From contig NC_068992.1 in assembly GCF_001194135.2 (NCBI RefSeq), positions 4,390,216 through 4,454,215 of the forward strand: 64,000 nt of DNA, read 5' to 3'. Positions 62,376 to 64,000 of this stretch are shown piece after piece. Each line of letters starts with the position of its first letter. The stretch's first letter is position 1. Origin of the DNA: Octopus bimaculoides. Lineage: Eukaryota. Under the pieces are notes generated by a model. That model was not told where the DNA came from, did not search any database, and saw nothing but the letters and a program-made list of their open reading frames with translations. The translations under genes and the position numbers were made by a program.

Positions 62376-63371
62376 ATTTGTGCTTTCGCAAATCGAACTT
62401 CATCGATGTTCAGTTGAAAAAGAGTTCATTTGCAGAACTAAAGGAATATTTGTGACACTCATTAGAAGTGAGATGAATGTGAGATACACATCATACGTCA
62501 GGTCACAAATACATCATCAAATAGATGAATAGTTTAATATCTAAATAATAAACAACGATAAATAATACAAATGCTAAGAAATAATATATTCGACTGCCTG
62601 GACTTGTAATTATTATATTTAAAAAAAATTTCGAAAATTGCTTTTATCACAGAAATTGCTGAATTTGGTAGAGACGGCTACGGGTGTTAACAATCTACTC
62701 TCTGCAATGTAATGTGCTGTGGACATAGACAGCGCTAAACTCTTTTCAGTCATTTGGACTACAACAAGTGATATAATGATATTAGTGCGTGATAACAGTT
62801 TAGCAGTGAAACAATGTTGAAATTTCTTAACAGCAACCATGATATATTAAAAATTCTTTTCTTCTATATTGAAAAGATTTTTCTTGTGTTATCGAAGTAA
62901 AGAAACAAAAAAAAAAAAAAACTATTCCGACAAATGGAAAAAAATCAACAACATTTTTAAATGTTTAATAACTACGTCAAACAGAGTGCATAAAAACAGC
63001 AGAGTAACACAAACAAGACAGCTAAATTATAAACACTCTTTCAGTCTGAGTTAGTACTGGTATACTATAACTCAAGTTTTCATTTGTCTGCAAAATCGTC
63101 ATAAGATATTTTACTACTATACATTAAAAAAAGCGTAACCATTTTCTCATACAATCTAATTAAAAATAATGCTTTTTTATAGTTGTTAGTCAGTTTGAGA
63201 CTTATCCTCATGCTGAAAAAATACCATCGGTCATGAATAAAAACAGAGACATAATAAAATTAAAAAGGACTTACATGGTAATTTCGTGTTGTATACATCA
63301 CACCAGAAAAGCAAAATATTGAAACCCCTTTAATTAAACCCCTTTTATTTAAATGTGTAACATAGTTTTTG

Positions 63372-63657
63372 CACTCAAATGCGGACGTAATATACCTTGA
63401 TTTTGCAAAAGCTTTTGACAAGGTGGATCATGGTATGATATGCCGCAAACTGCGTGATCTCGGCATAGTTGGGAAACTTGGAGAGTGGTTACATGACTTT
63501 CTAAAAGATAGAAGTCAGGCAGTAGTGGCTAATGAAGCCAACTCTATGAAAACACAAATTGTGAGCAATGTTCCACAGGGCACTGTCTTGGGATGAGTGC
63601 TTTTTATAGTGGTCTTCTCAGATATGCCCCCAAGTGCCCGGATAGCACTCTGAACAT
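63372..63657 (+). mobile_element. Non-LTR RT fragment (CR1/Jockey group)
   Basis: ADVIYLDFAKAFDKVDHG..KLRDLGIVGKLGEWLHDFLKDRSQAV..VPQGTVLG*VLFIVVFSDMP. Confidence 0.92.
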
Positions 63658-64000
63658 TTCGGTAGAAAATCCATTTCTCATCACCTGTCACAATTTGCTT
63701 TAAAGAAGGCGCGTTTTCATTCCGTTTATAAAGCGAATCACAGATGGAAATACGATACAAAGGTTCTTCTCACTCAACTCATGTGGTACCCAAACATCGT
63801 AGCGATTTGTGTACCCAAGCTTTACCAGATACTCATGAATGACGGATTTTGATAGGTTGAGGCTTTCTGCCAATTCTCGGGTTGTGCAATGTGGATTATT
63901 CTCAATTAATGACTTGATTTGGTCATCATCTGTAGTGGATGATCTGTCTGATCGCTCTTTATCAATAAGGCTACAATCTCCAGCTCGGAACCTTGCGAAC
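63657..64000 (-). mobile_element. Mariner transposase fragment (continues beyond the window)
   Basis: FARFRAGDCSLIDKERSDR..DDDQIKSLIENNPHCTTRELAESLNLS..VWVPHELSEKNL (frameshift) RISICDSLYKRNENAPSLKQIVTGDEKWIFY. Has the WVPHEL and TGDEKW motifs. Confidence 0.93.

Noticed and set aside
62619-63054. Short ORFs in unique sequence near the window end
   Set aside because: No recognisable domain or splice context.

Overview
This is AT-rich eukaryotic draft-assembly sequence with 14 N-gaps, almost all bounded by microsatellites. The SINE types and the (TA)n/(CA)n/(AAT)n/(TATC)n density suggest a cephalopod, probably Octopus (inference, not a database result). I see no intact protein-coding gene. Nearly all ORFs in the track are artefacts of simple repeats and N-runs, and the few with real protein signal are transposon relics: two CR1/Jockey-group LINE RT pieces, three R4/Dong-type pieces, a Ty3/gypsy pol, a TIR-complete Tc1 element with DD36E spacing, mariner remnants, a Chapaev3-like fragment and a Helentron-type non-autonomous element. 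Two tRNA-derived SINE families occur in many copies. The most interesting signals are: (1) two near-intact minimal type I hammerhead ribozyme folds (9870-9913 and 24620-24680), the first preceded by its own antisense copy, plus degenerate relatives; (2) R4/Dong ends stacked in an (AAT)n tract with a probable target duplication; (3) an 89-bp-arm near-perfect palindrome; (4) a candidate 9-nt minus-strand microexon and other candidate minus-strand exons, suggesting the window may be intronic in a large minus-strand gene (unproven). All family names come from manual translation or recalled motifs and need confirmation by search.
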